From positions 372,001-436,000 of the forward strand of contig JBBPEB010000025.1 in assembly GCA_039096225.1 (NCBI GenBank): 64,000 nucleotides of DNA, read 5' to 3'. Shown here piece after piece: positions 19,736-34,600 of the stretch (the first letter of the stretch is position 1; each line of letters opens with the position of its first letter). A program made the translations under genes and the position numbers. This DNA is from Blastocystis sp. Blastoise (Eukaryota > Protista > Bigyra: Opalinata). Below the pieces are notes generated by a model that was not told where the DNA came from, did no database searches, and saw nothing but the letters and a program-made list of their open reading frames with translations.

Positions 19736-21658
19736 ATGCTATCTATTTTATCTTCCATTGGACGTTCTGTCGTGATGACATCTTCTATTGTGTCAGTATC
19801 TCGTTTATCAACTAATTTTATTAGAGGATTTAGTGAGGTTGCTTCATCAAGTGATGTATTAGATCTTTCTAAGGTATCTTCTATGAAGAACATGGAGAGT
19901 AAGTCGGAGTCAAATGATTCTAGATCTGTAGAAAAGAGAAATCGTAATGATGATCGCCGAAATGATTATCGTGATGATAGAAGAGAGCGAAGAAGTGGTT
20001 CTTATAATCGTAATGGAGGCTATAGACGTGAAAGAAACGATCGTGATGATTATAGAAGAAGAGATTCTAGACGAAATGATCGTGATGGTTCTTATGAGAG
20101 AAGACCTAGAACTTTTGATAATGATGAGACTTCTCTAGATTCTACTAAGAAATCTCTTGATGAAGTAGAAGGTGAAAGAAGAGATAGAAGAGATGGTGAT
20201 AGAAATGATAGAAGAAGTGGTAGTCGATATGGTGATAGAAGAGATAGAAGAGATGGTGATAGAAGAAGTGGTAGTCGATATGGTGATAGAGATAATGGTG
20301 ATAGAAGAGATAGAAGAGACAGAGATGATAGAAGAGATAGAAGAGATGGTGATAGAAGAAGTGGTAGTCGATATGGTGATAGAAATGAAAGAAGAGATAG
20401 AGATGATAGAAGAGATAGAAGAGAAAGAGATAGAGATGATAGAAGAGATAGAAGAGAAAGAGATAATGGAAAAGAACAATTAAAAGATATCCGTGATTAT
20501 ATGAATGGATCTCCTTCTTCTCCTTCTCTTCCTAATACGAAAACACCTATTTCCAAAGACATTCTTTATACTAATATAAGTATATATTTTATTTTTTTTA
20601 ATTATATTTATTATATTTATTATATTTATTATGTTCATTATTATATATTATATTTATTATTATATATATAACTCCTGATATTGATCCTGTTAACGATACT
20701 GAAATTTTAAGTGGTCTTTTCCCCGTTTATAGTGCACTTCAAAATAATTCTAGAGATGTATATAAATATATGTTATTATTATTATTATTATTATTTAATA
20801 TATATATTTTTAAGAATATTATTTTAGACTATATAATTCCTTGATAGTAATAATAATATACATATATATATAGGTATATAATCTTATATATCGTGTAAGT
20901 GAAGCGACCAATCACCCCGAATCAAAAGCATCTGTATATAGCAAAATCATGGATATTATTAAAGAAAAAAATATACCTCTTATGTATATATATATATTAT
21001 TATTATTATACTTATTATTATATTTATTATTATTATTAATACTTATTATTATACTTATTATTATTATATAGTGAGGTACCTACCTTCTCTTTTGATGCTA
21101 CTTTTGGTAATCATAAGTATATATATAAGTTATTATTTTCTTATATATATACATATATATATACATATATATAGGAACCAAGGTCTTGCTCTTCGCGCCA
21201 AAAAGATAAATTGGCGCCCAATTTTAACTGTCGATGAAGTTGCTGATAAGAATATAACCAATTCACAAGGAAATAAACGTATTTTATTAATATCACATTA
21301 TTTATTATGTTTATTTTAATATATTATTGTTATTTTTTGTTAGTATTATTTATTAATTGCTATTCTATATATATATGTATATATATATCTCCCTTTTCTC
21401 CTCTTTAGAAATCCCTCTTGTGGTGTGTTTAGATCGTATTACAGATACCGTTAATATTGGTAGTATTATTCGTACTGCTGCCTTCTTTGTATATATATAT
21501 ATATATATATATTATAATTCTTTATTTTATTATATAAATATATTATGAATCTTGTTCTTATATATGTAAAAATTATTTTTATTCTTATTATTATATGTAT
21601 ATATTATTATTATTATTATATAGGGTATTAGCGGTGTTGTTACAGAAAATAAATTCAC

Positions 21659-21694
<36 letters not shown>

Positions 21695-21973
21695 CTATAT
21701 ATATAAATATATTTCTATATATATATAGCTCCTTTGAATGCTAGTGCTTCTATCTGTAGTGGTGGTGCTGTCGATTTATTATATAAATATAAACAATTAG
21801 CTTGTGTCGATGATATGTCCGAATTCCTCTTAAATGCTCAAGCTAATGATTGGGATATATTAACAACTTCAGTTACTGAGGGTACTCCTATAAATAATTA
21901 TATATCTACATCTCTTTCTAAACCTACTATTCTTATTATGGGAAATGAAGGAGTAGGTGTAAGATCTGCTATC

Positions 21974-22010
<37 letters not shown>

Positions 22011-22237
22011 TTATTATTTAATAAAAATCCATATTTTATTATTCAATATATATATATATATTATTCAATATATATATATATTATTCTCTATATATATAGA
22101 AATATTGTAATGGTAGTATTACTATTCCTAGACCTACTTCTCTTATTCCCGCGGTTACTCCTGAAGATTTTGCGACTACTGATTCACTTAATGTGAATGT
22201 ATCACTTGCTATTCTTCTTAATGCTTTAAGACACTAA
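19736..22237 (+). CDS. MRM1: SpoU/TrmH-family rRNA 2'-O-methyltransferase (MRM1/RlmB-like) with organellar presequence and Arg/Asp-rich repeat
   Basis: Eight exons. Ser/Arg-rich presequence MLSILSSIGRSVVMTSS...FIRGFS. Motifs: EILSGLFPVYSAL, NQGLAL, LDRITDTVNIGSIIRTAAFFG, ILIMGNEGVGVR, TIP, DSLNVNVS (SPOUT motifs 1-3). Intron 20580-20671 ends in AA. Confidence 0.85.
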
Positions 22238-22273
22238 ACAATATATATATAACTATGTTTATTTACAATTATA

Positions 22274-22281
22274 TGTTTGTT
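22274..22281 (+). promoter_or_regulatory. TGTTTGTT, candidate polyadenylation-associated motif
   Basis: Exact motif 37 nt after the MRM1 stop. It matches the downstream element known from Blastocystis poly(A) sites. Confidence 0.4.
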
Positions 22282-22602
22282 TTTAATATATCTATTACTA
22301 TTTCTCATTTTACAATTTACAAAATTGAACGTTATATCCTTTTTTTAAATCATATATATATATATTCATTTTTAATGCTTTATTTATTTGGGGATTTTAA
22401 ATAAAAGATCTTGTATTATAATTATATTGAATATTTTCATAAAACAATTCTTGTTTATGGATTTATACAAGTATTCATTTAATATATATATTTATATAAT
22501 TTCGTTATTTTATTTATACAAATTTGTGTAATTGTGGTCATATCTTCTATGTTACGTTGAAATTCTTCTTTATTTCGTTTTGTTTTATCTATTTAAAATT
22601 GT

Positions 22603-22686
22603 TTAAAGAATTATTTTTTAATGCTACTATTTAAAGAGTATTTTTTAATGTTAGTAGTTAAAGAATATTTTTTTTAATGCTAATAT
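22603..22686. repeat. Degenerate ~28-nt tandem repeat x3 (TTAAAGAxTATTTTTTAATGxTAxTA)
   Basis: Three successive imperfect copies near the left edge of the duplicated cassette. Confidence 0.5.
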
Positions 22687-24156
22687 CGAAAAATAATTTT
22701 TCTATCAATATTTATATCGCATTTTTGAATATGCAAAACTTATATTTTTCATGATATCATTCTTTACATATTTAAATACGATTTACTGCTATTATACATA
22801 TTCAATCTAGGATAGTATTAGTATATACTAGTTATATTCATTAAGAGAAATGTTAATAGTATTCAATTTGTTGAGTATATACCAATAAAGGATAAGCAAC
22901 TTTTATAAAATGTTTTATTTATAGAAACAATGACGGCATCATAACAAAAATATTGTAATATATTCAATATAATGAATAGTTTCATATATCCATTTTATTA
23001 AGGAATTCTATAAGTAAAAAGGATTTATTATATACATAGTTACTGTTTTGAAGAATTGACGAAACTATGTTTTTTTGATATAAAAAAATATATATTCTTT
23101 GAATAAGATTATAAGTAATATTAAGAAATAAAAGGAAACATTTATAGCTATTATTTCTTGTATATATATGAATACTTATAACAATGAAGACACATGTGAA
23201 TACATATTATATATAATAAAATATGTTCTTTATTAATAATATTCTTGAGGCATAATGCTAAATTTATAGACATATAGAAAGAGTAGAATAAAAAATATTT
23301 CTGTTCTAGAATAACACCATATAAATATTTACTATTAATAATACTTGTATATGTTTAAATTAACAGTATATAGAACATACTCTATTTTTAATGTATTTCG
23401 TATAATTTAAGATCTATGTGTAGATAATACTTATAAGATTGACTTCAATCATAATATTAGAAACATCTACATATGGTAATAAGATTTATTGAAGAAATTC
23501 TATGTATTAAATGTGATTTCACACTAGAATATATGTTCTAGGTCTTATTGATTACTATTTTAAAAGCAACAGTTTTTGATTTATATTTATGAGGCACATA
23601 AATGAATATATTAGAGCTTAAAATGCTTATCTTTACCAATTTGTGTTTAAAAAATGTAGTCTTAAGAAAATGCGTAAAAGTATGATAATCTCAATAATTT
23701 TCCAGACAGGATCTATACTTAGAAAACGCATATACTTTTAATCGATTATCTTATGGAAACAATCGTAACTAATTTTCGTATTCTATACTAGAAAGAGAAT
23801 TTATCACATTGATGAGAACATATACCAAATGTCTATTTGAAAAATACTTGATAATTCATCATGAAAAAAGAAAAATGCATTGTGGCTGAATTCTTAATGA
23901 TTCATGAAGAAGGTAATTCTCTGAAAATGACTGAATAAGAATCATGAAAATATAGTGTAAATGGAGTTATTTTTATATTATTCTCAGGATAATTATATCT
24001 AAAACTGTGTAAAGTTTTTTCTTTTTATTTGTAAGGATTCAGTTTATTAATAATATATAATATCAATTTGTATATTACTTATTTATTGCGTATGTAAAAG
24101 AATTATATAAGTTGAATAATATCTGAAAATTTTATTATTTTAGTTGGTTTTGAATC

Positions 24157-27100
24157 ATGTTAGATACTGAATCTCAATTAGCTAAAGAGAAATGTATCTG
24201 AATATGATTAAACTGTGTTATTCAATTTTTTAGATTTATTTACTTTTCAAGATGAGACGCAATTGTGGATTTCTAAAGAATTCATTGAGAAATATCGTCA
24301 ATTATCCTTTTATGATATCATTGAACACTCTGAAGAATATGAGGATGGTAGTTATTATATAGATATGCCTTCATTAGGCATGAAGAAAGTGATTCAATTT
24401 CTAATGGAAGGTAATATGGATATTGAATCATTAGATTTGAAAGATAGTTATGATATATATAAAACACTTTTTGAATACTCAGTTACGATCGATAAAGAAA
24501 TTCAAAGTGATTTATTATTTCATATAGAAGAATTATTCTATAAATATTTGAAAAATAATAATTGTCATGTAGATAGATATCGTTATAACTATGTCAAATC
24601 ATATATGCCTATGGATTTATTTGATTTCAATAGGACATCAGTATGTATAAGAGGTAATTCTATGATTATTATTTATAAATAATATTATATATATAGGATT
24701 ATTTACCCCTCAACGAAAAGATGAATTATTATATTATTATCTTCTTATTAGAATGATGAATATTACTAAAGTTGAACTTGAATATAATTATTCTTCGAAT
24801 ATTCCATTAGAATATATATGCCCATCGTGTATTAAAGATATATTCCCATCATTAGAAGAATTAAAGATAACTGTAACAACGCATTATAAGAAGACTGAAT
24901 TATTATTGAATTCAAATAGTGATGAATATATAATGGAATATAATCGGTTATTTAATAAATATGATTATAAAATAGGTCATCCTGAAATATATGAATATTA
25001 CACTGAATCAGAAATGAATGAATATAATAAGATTTCTTCTTTAGACCTGAATAAATTATATTATTCTCAGAATATGATTGATTCCTATAATGAGAAAAGA
25101 GAAAAGAATGAATTACCTAAATTATATAGATATGTCGTTAATGAAGCTATATATACAAATGATTATTCAAAAGTAGAAACTAATGAAATAGAAGATGAAT
25201 ATACATTAAATGATAAAGTCAGTATTAAATATGATGGTATATATTTATATTAAAAAATCATATATTTTATTATTATTATATATAGATAAAACAAATGATA
25301 AAACTTTCTCGTAAATAATTATATTATTTTTATTATACATTTTATTCTGATACATTAAATAGTATTCATGAAGTATCTACTGAACATGGTATATCTCAAT
25401 TATTACTTCTTCCTTCCTATTTGTGTATTTCAAAAATTGTTTTTTATGACTGTAAATAAATACATATATAATAAATATGTTAATTTATTTTAGATTGGGA
25501 TTTTGACTGTAATGTTATGGTTTTTATGAAATTATTTGAAGAAGGTGTTTTTGATTCTATAACTACGTTAAGTATTAAGTGGAGTATTTTCTTTTTGAAC
25601 TATTATTAATATATAATTCTGCATAGTTAAGAAATTAAGTAAACAAATTGATGAGAATTTATTTAACAAAATAATGACAACTCATATATTTCCTAATGTT
25701 ACTGAGATTATATATGATCATGATGATAATGGTATGCATATATATTTATGATTATTATTATTATTTATAGAATTATTCGAATTATCTTTAATAAAGAAAG
25801 AATGTTTCCCTAAATTACATATTATCAATTATGAAATAAAATTAAGTATATTTATATGTTAATAAAAAATTATTATTCTTAATTTAGCTACTGACAATTT
25901 TGATTCTCTATTTCCTGCTAGTTTAATATCTATGATTGATACTATTCGTATAAATGAAATTGATGATGATCAAGAAGAGGAAATATGTCTTCTATTAGAT
26001 GAAATAGCTTATACTCATTCAATTCATATTGATGCTCTTAGTATATATATATATTATATATATACATTTATTTTCATAATAATATATATAATTAGTTTTA
26101 TTTGTTTTTATATAGATGATTTTATTTATTATTTTCCACATTTAAAAGAATTATTAGAGAAAGATCTTGTTTCTATTGATAAACTTGAGATTTATTCTAC
26201 TCGTTCTGAAAACATAAAGAGATTAGATTCTATTGACAATTATAAGCACAGTATTAATAGTTTAGCTATATGGTTTTATGATGATGATGATGATAATGAT
26301 GATAATGATGATAATGATGATGATGATGATGATAATGATGATGATGATGATAATGATGATGATAATAATAATAATGATAATAATAATAATAATGATGATA
26401 ATGATGATGATAATAATAATAATGATGATGATGATAATAATGATGATAATGATGATGATAATAATAATAATGATGATGATGATAATAATAATGATGATAA
26501 TGATAATGATGATGATAATAATAATAATAATAATCGAGATGAAATTGATGCCAGAAATTCATTAGAAACATTCTTTAAGAGTAGTGTATTAGAACATTTA
26601 AATGAATTAACTGTTTCATTTGATGGGAATATAAGTATAGACTATTTAACATGGATATCAACTCTTTTTAATGACAATAAGTTTAATAATATTCAAAAAC
26701 TGACAATTTACTGTATATTCTATTATAAACATATGAATATATATAGTAAGTTTTATAAAAAAAGATTCATCATCTGAATATTTAAATGCATATAAAAATA
26801 TATTAGAGAAAATAATTTCAAAAGCTTCTATTGTTAATATAGTTTGTAATTATTTATATATATGTAATTATTTTGTTAATAAATAATTCATTCAATTAAT
26901 TTTTAATTACTATTATTATTAGTGTGCTATATGACTTTTATAAATCGATTAATTCCTAAAGGTTGTTTCCATAATACAACTCAATTAGATCTACGTATAT
27001 ATATTAAATGATATAATGTTTTACCTATAATATATTACGTTTCATCCTAATCTTTTTATGAATATTAATTTAGATATTAAGGATATACCAGATGATAATT

Positions 27101-27691
27101 TTTGTAAACTATATACTACAGATAATTTCCCTAAATTAAAATCTATCAAGATTTATAATGGTCTTGATGAATCGTGGGTTTATTTTATGAAAACAATTTG
27201 TAATTATATGAGTAATAATGACTTTCCATTATCATGTATTTTCCGATTAGGTATTATGTCATAAATAATATTATTCTACTCATATTCTTTAATATTGTTA
27301 TTCTATAGAATGGAAAAAGAGTTTTAATTTTGATGAATATATTTATAACCCAAATAATTCAATTCTTCGATGTAAATATGATACTAATTCATTTATAAAT
27401 ACATTTATTAGTAAAAAAGATCAAATGATAAGTACATTTGAGATAGAAACATTACTTGATTGTATAAATGAAAATAAAACTCAAAATATAAAAAGCTTAC
27501 AATTATATATTTATGATGAGGAACAATTATCAAAACTTATCAGTTTTATTATTAATGGAAAATTTCCTAAATTGAAAGAATTCTATTTTTGGTTAGGTTA
27601 TCATATTTATGAACAAAGGGATATATGTACACAACAATTAAATGATTCTTCGTTTATTCAAAACAATCACGTGGATTATGAATTTTTCTAA
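24157..27691 (+). CDS. BTB/POZ (KCTD-like) + divergent LRR solenoid protein, paralogue A, 13 introns
   Basis: Fourteen exons splice in frame from MLDTESQLAKEKYLFTFQDETQLW. BTB-like segment DGSYYIDM...VIQFL. LRR-like strands FPSLEELKITV, FDSITTLSIKW, FPNVTEIIY, FPKLHIINY, FNNIQKLTIY, FPKLKSIKIY, NIKSLQLYI, FPKLKEFYF. Internal Asp/Asn tract at 26279-26534. Confidence 0.75.
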
Positions 27692-29270
27692 TTATATTTA
27701 ATTCTTTTGTATATGTGATAATTTATATCTTATATTATTATATATTTTATAAATTTCTTCTTATTATTATTTTCAAGCATTGACGTTTCTATAATGTATT
27801 TATATATAATTTTATTAATACTCTTTCTTGTTTATTTGAGAATGAGAAACTACAAGTGATTAAATAAAATATAAACCTTTATAATATATATAAATAATAT
27901 ATATTATAGAATACCATATAATGTTTATTATGAATTTAACTTTATAGTTTTCATGAAGTTTAAACTTTATAAATATTTCTACATAATGATAATTAGTTGA
28001 ATAACATCTTCATATATAATTAAAATTGTTTTTAATATTTTAAAAATATAATATATAAAAGTGAATGACTTCTTGATAAACAATTTAATATATATTTTAA
28101 GATTATAAATAATACTTGTTTTTTTTTGTTTTATTTACTATTTTTATAAAACATTTTTTATACTTAGTAAAACAGTTCTTCAACAAATGTTCTAAAATAA
28201 TTAAAACACATATTTTAATGAAATACTTTTTTCACTTTCAATATATAATAGTTTATAAAGAAATATCAGTATAGATAATTAAATAAAAATACAAATAAAT
28301 CTAATCATAATTACATTATTATATATTTGGAAGAAATCTATTTTTATCAAAATGCATTGAGAGTAATAAAATATTTTATGATTTAATTCTTATTAGATTA
28401 TAATATTAAATAATTAAACAAAGAATATAATATGAGAATTATGGACTAATCATAGGTAAAATATTATCATATTTAATTATTCATATATTTGCGTATTAAT
28501 ATATAAGCGAAACATATAAATAATATACATTTCTATTACCAATAATATATGTTGTATAAAATATCAAAAATAGTTGTTATTCATCATATATATATGATAA
28601 TATATTATCTATATGAATATGATGATTTTGATATCTTCATAAATTATTGTAAAAAAACTATGAAAATAAAATAATATAAAAAAGAAATGGAAGAGTGAGA
28701 AGAAGGAGATAGAAAGAACAGGAGTGATAATTTTATAAAGAGACTATAGAAGTAATTCAATCTGAGTAATAGAAATATATTATATAAATATAATATAAAA
28801 ATAAATAATAATGTATTAAATATAGTCAGAAATTAGGAATGATTACCAAAAGAATATAGTAATTCATTTCTAGATAAATAATAGTTAGCATATACAAACA
28901 TATAAATATATATAAATAAAAATAGAAACGTATATATTAAAAATAAGAGACTTATCAATCAAAATGTAAATGATGTAAGAAATATAAATTGATTAGACAT
29001 ACAAATCTGTTTGTAGTATCCTCTATATGTTTAATTAGTATTCAATACATTATTTTAAGTAAAATATTTAGCGAAGATCCACACTGAGTTACCTATTTTT
29101 GGAAATTATTGAGATATTTTTGTAGATCATATCTAATGTTAATTATTTTAAATATTATGAATAATTATATATGTATAATAAGCGAATAATAAAAGAAATA
29201 AAAGAATAATAAAAGAATAAAATAAACAAGGGGAAACAAATATATTTATTTCATTAGCATTATTTCATTA

Positions 29271-29920
29271 ATGGTGAAAGGAAAGGCTTTATTTGATATT
29301 GATAAGTTTAATAGATTGAATGAAGATATCAATGTATATGAAGAATTGATGAAAGATGTAGTTAATGTATTTGGATCAGTAATGAATCTTGGTATACATT
29401 CTTTAATATCGATTAATAGACTTATAAAGAATATTGGTGATGATTGTATAGAAAAAGAAGGTGAAAATAATAAATTTGAAAACAAATCTGTTTATGAAAG
29501 TAATAATAATGTAGATAAGAATATAAATATGAATAATGATAATGATAATGATATGGATTTGATTCAATTTACGAATAATGGTCCTGTATTTCAAGTATCG
29601 AAATCAGTTTTAGATTCTTTAAGAGGTTCTTTTATTGAAGAGCAACGTGAAGAAGAATATAGAACAAATGATGGATCTATATATCTTGATTATAGAGGAA
29701 ATGATGCTTTTATTTATTATTTATTAGACTATTTGAATGGAAAGAAAGTATATTTTGATTCTTTTTGTTATGAAGAACAATTAGAATTATTAGATTTATT
29801 TGAATATTGTAATTGATCTCTTCCTATAGAATTACTAAATTGTAGGATAAGAAGAGATACTAAAAAGAAGAAATATGAAGAAAGCGATGAAGTTTCTTTG
29901 ATTATTAATGGAAGAAAATA
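29271..29920 (+). pseudogene. Truncated BTB-TLDc paralogue (nonsense codon plus deletion of the TLDc domain)
   Basis: Closely similar to 50362-51000. In-frame TGA at 29814-29816 where the intact copy has TTA. After ~29919 the sequence switches to similarity with ~52350 onward, implying a ~1.35-kb deletion. Confidence 0.85.
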
Positions 29921-30541
29921 TAATACATATAGAATTATGATGAATAATATTATTGTTTTATCTATACATATCACAAATTAATAAAAGTTAAGAGTATTAT
30001 CTAATTTATTTTGATTTATTATTCATTGAATCATAATATATATTCACATGATGAATTATGAAGAATGATTTATATAATAGAATTCTTATATTACTACCCA
30101 TCAGTATAAATAATTCAAAGTATTCCTTATCCTGTTTTATTTGACATTTATTCTATACTTTTGAAATTGATCATTTCTTAACGTTATGAATAATATTGAC
30201 TTATTATAGGTCGTCTATATATAAAAATAAACAAATACATTTTTATTTTAAAACAACATTTTTAACGATAATTCATTATAAACCTATATATATACTTTTA
30301 TAAAGACACTTGAGTAAAAACTGTAGTTAATTCTCAGTTCTTATAATGTTTTAACTAAAATAAATTTATTTTATAAATGAGTTGACAATAAGTATAAGAA
30401 ATACAATACATGTAGAGAAACAAAAGGCAAACAAAACAAGTAACTATTTGATACATTCAACTATGAAATAAGATAATATACACTTATCATATGATAATGA
30501 TTGATTTATAAAATAGATAGAAGAGACCTTGAGTATCTCAT

Positions 30542-30838
30542 TTAATAAGGACCTTCATTCTTTCTTGCCCAATCCTAAATAGTATAATAAATGAATCAAA
30601 TAATACAAATATAAGGAAATGAGATAATTTATGATCTATACAATGTATATACTTCGTAAATAGGTTCATATTGAAATCCATTAGGATCTAAAAAGAGGAT
30701 ATCGCAGATATGAATAGAAATAATCATAATATTGATGGTAGCAATTTGTATCCAGTAATCAGGGCATGCAAGAGATAATATGGCTACTACAATAATAGCA
30801 GCTAATGTAAGCTTCTGTCTAGCGTTGTCATACACCAT
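30542..30838 (-). CDS. Small two-TM membrane protein, 72 aa, unknown function
   Basis: Exons 30838-30653 and 30574-30542 with a GT-AG intron give MVYDNARQKLTLAAIIVVAILSLACPDYWIQIATINIMIISIHICDILFLDPNGFQYEPIYEDWARKNEGPY. GC is higher than in the flanks. Confidence 0.7.
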
Positions 30839-31681
30839 TTTAAATGAATAACTGCTAACAAATTGCCAAAAATTTAATGATTCTTGTTAATACTTTTTAT
30901 TTGTGAAAAAATAAATTCAGTCCATAAAAGAAAAGGAAAATCAAGAAAAAGTGAATCCAAGCAAACAACCTATTTTTCTAGGTTTTTTCCAGTTATTAGA
31001 AGACTTTGTATTTATAACCATTTTGTTTTGCTTTATTTCGTAATTGCTATAAAACATTAGACTTTTTAAACGAATCAGTTAAATGATACATCAAGAAATT
31101 GTGACTAATACATTTTAAACTGTTAAAAGCACACAGTAGTGAATTATAATCATGATAAAATAGAATTGATTACTAGTCCAATATACCCAAAGATAAGCAC
31201 ATTATGAGTCTCCTAAACATATTAATATTCAATTCTTTATTATAAATATTTCGTATTCTTTAAAAGAAACAAAGAAAAACGAAAAAATAAAACTCGATTT
31301 TCATTAGGGTACCCATATAGAATAGAAAAGAATAGGGTTAACTATTGATGACACATTTATTTATTCAAGAGTTTTCTGATGATGTCTCGGTGTTTAGCGG
31401 AGAATGAGGAACTTTTAAAACGAGTGACGCCATGACTCTATATGGTTTATGTTCTTCTCTATTTCTTTGTTTTGTACAATAAAAGGCTAATAAAAAGAAT
31501 AAAACAAAGATCCACGATATGATTGGTCAATGACTCATTTGGGTATTCCCTTTTTTCTCTTTTCTTTTATAATTTAGGACATTTTTTTATATCTATAGAT
31601 AATCGTGGGTTTTTAGTAAAATCAATTCACTTTCAAGAATTCAACAACATTTTTTAAATAAAATCTTTTTAATAAATAATT

Positions 31682-34600
31682 ATGAACATGAAATTTGTTT
31701 ATTTATTAATCTTGTTAGGTAAGTTCTTTGATCAATGTATGTCTAATAATTTGTATAGTATTGACCCAAGCTGTCGAGAATTGGGGAGATTACATTTCTT
31801 TTGATTCTTACAAGCCTGGTGAAACCTATGTTGAATCCTCTTGGAAACTTGATTTTTCTAATGATTTCTCTTTGATTTCTTGGATACGTGCTATTCCTAA
31901 TCCTGATAAGGAAAGTACTAGTCGTTTTGGTATTCTTTTTGCTTTAACTAATGATAACGAATATGCTTCTGGAAGTGGTGATCGTTTTATTGGTATTAAG
32001 AACGGTAAAGTTTATGCTGAAGCTCGTGGATTACTTGTTGAAGTACAAGGTTCTGAGACTGGTGTTTGTGCTAATGTTGCTGATGGTAGTTGGAGACATT
32101 GGAGAATTATATATACTAAGAATACCAATGATCTTAAGATTTATGTAGATGATACTCTTGTAAATATTTAATATTATTTTTTTATCAATTATTTAATATT
32201 ATTTTTTTATCAATTATTTATATATTATTTTTTTTATCAATTATTTAATATTATTTTTTTTATCAATTATTTAATATTATTTTTTTTATCAATTAATTAT
32301 TTAATATTACTTTTTAATTATTATTATTTTTTTAACAATAAATTTATAATAAATTGATATATTATAGTGTTTAACAACTGCTGAAATGACATCTAATGCT
32401 TTTAATACTCTTCCTGCTCCTACTACTAGTCAGAAAGTATCTTTAGGTTATATGAAATATTCTCGTTCTAGTACAACAGATCCTGTTCCTGATTTACTTC
32501 ATGGTGCATTTGCTAATGTAGTTGCTTTTCCTAATACTATTATTGGTGAAACTGAATTAACTCAATATAAAGGTACACAACCTAATGATACAGGTATGGG
32601 TATTCAACAATTAGTTGTTTCTGAAACTAATGTAAAAGCTTATGTATATGCTCATTATCCTGCTACTGGTGTTACTATTGGTTGTAAGAGTATTCCTGAA
32701 GGTACTACTGTACCTACTGTAGATGAAGTTTTAGCTAGTACTACTCAAATTGATCTTTCTGGATTTACTGGTAATTCTGCTATTACTCTGAATAGAATTA
32801 TTCTTGATGTTCCTTCTGCTGTTGGTACTAATGTTATTTATTGTGCTTCTAAAGTAGGTGATATTAAAACTGCTCAAAATATTATGGAAAATATGAAAAT
32901 TACTTATCATTCTGATTTTGAAACAATTATGCCTATGAGTACTTCTAATGGTAATACTATGTATGATTATGAACATTTCTGGATTTCTTCTCGTGCTGAT
33001 AGTGATTATTCTTATCATTTTGGTATTATTGGTACTGGTGCTAGTGGTCCTATTTTCTGTACACAACCTTATCCTTCTGCTTTTACTAGTGGTTCTAGAT
33101 GTCAATTAGTTGCTGCTAATAAAGCTAGATGGCATTATTTAAATAAAGCTGCTGCTTATAAATATAGTATTAATACTAAAAATATAAATGATGGTACTAT
33201 TCATTATATTGGTTTCAATCATCAGGCTTCTGGTCATGTGACACATCTTTATTTAGATAAAGCTAATATTTTCGAATATGTTATTGATGATACATATGCT
33301 CCTCTTCAACCAAATACTTGGGTATTCTGGAAGAATAGTGAATTTGGTACATTAAATGATATGACTATAAAATTTTTACGTGTTTATCATAAATATTTAC
33401 AAGATGCTGAAATGTTTGCTTTAGCTGATAATTTCCCTATGGATCCTATTGTTACTGTAACTGTTGATTCTGTAACCCCTAATCCTTCTTCTATTGATAT
33501 TAAAATGAAAATTACTGGTGTAGAAGATGTTAATTTATATGCTTATGTAGCTGCTTATTTTAGTAATAGTGCTATTCCTACTATAGATCAAGTGAAAGCT
33601 TCTTCTGCTTCTTATGCTATTCATTCTAATATTATAAATACATTATCTGTTCATGGTTTAGCTTCTGATCAAAGTTATAAAGTATATATGTATTTTGAAC
33701 AAGGTGGTAATGGTGTTATTACTCAAGAAGAAATGGCTAATAATGTTATTAGTGCTACTACTACTCGTTCTATTGGTTGTATAGGATTTAAAGGTACTTC
33801 TACATGTAGTCCTTATGGTACTTTAGATCCTTCTTTAGATTTATCTTGTTCTGCATTAGTACCTTCATCTTCTTCTGGTTATTGTTTATGTGATGGTAAT
33901 GTTAAAGTAAATCCTGTATATTGTAATCATGATACATTTACTTGTAATGATGCTTGTGTTTCTGGAAGTGTTTCTTTTGATATTACTGGTTGGTATACAA
34001 AAGCATTTAGACATTTTAGTACTGCTATTAGTTCTTTACCTACACCTATATCTGCTTATAGATCTATGAATCCTACATTTAATTTATATTATTCATCCTT
34101 AAATATTGTAGGTAATAGTAATAATGCTGGTAATTATGGTAGTATTCCTTATTCTACTTATGAAGGTATGATTCAATATCATAGTGGTATATTTACTGCT
34201 ACTACTTCTGGTACTTATCAAATTGGTGTTACTCAAGATGATGTTCTTATGGTATTAATAGATAGTTTTGATATGAATAATAATATTGTTTATTATACTT
34301 TATGGGGTCCAAGTGAAGTAAAAACTTCTGTTGATTTAGTTGCTGGTGAACATAAAATTATAGTATTATTTGGTAATGGTGGTGGTGGTTTTTCATGTAT
34401 TATTAATATATATGATCCTCAAGGTAATAATGTAAAAGATAATGTTAAAATTGGTTTAGGTAATAAACATGGTATTAATGCTTATTATACTAATCTTGAT
34501 GATGATAATACTTGTGATTGGCCTAGTTCTTCTATAATGAATGCTGGTACAAATAGTGGTGGTAGTAATTATGTTAGTGCTAATCAATATCCTGATGAAT

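Larger units (their letters stand above)
22840..30050 (+). repeat. Segmental duplication, copy A (BTB-LRR gene + spacer + truncated BTB-TLDc)
   Basis: Colinear similarity to ~43640-52480 in upstream DNA (23480 vs 44166; 23920 vs 44600), the genes, the spacer (28276-29279 vs 49368-50370, near identical) and downstream DNA (29961 vs 52391). Boundaries are approximate. Confidence 0.85.

Noticed and set aside
29814-29816. In-frame TGA as read-through, selenocysteine or an alternative genetic code
   Set aside because: It aligns to Leu (TTA) in the paralogue and the gene is also truncated by a deletion. No other gene needs stop reassignment.
32171-32300. CRISPR-like appearance of ~26-nt repeats
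   Set aside because: The units are directly tandem with no spacers, lie inside a spliceosomal intron, and have no cas genes nearby.
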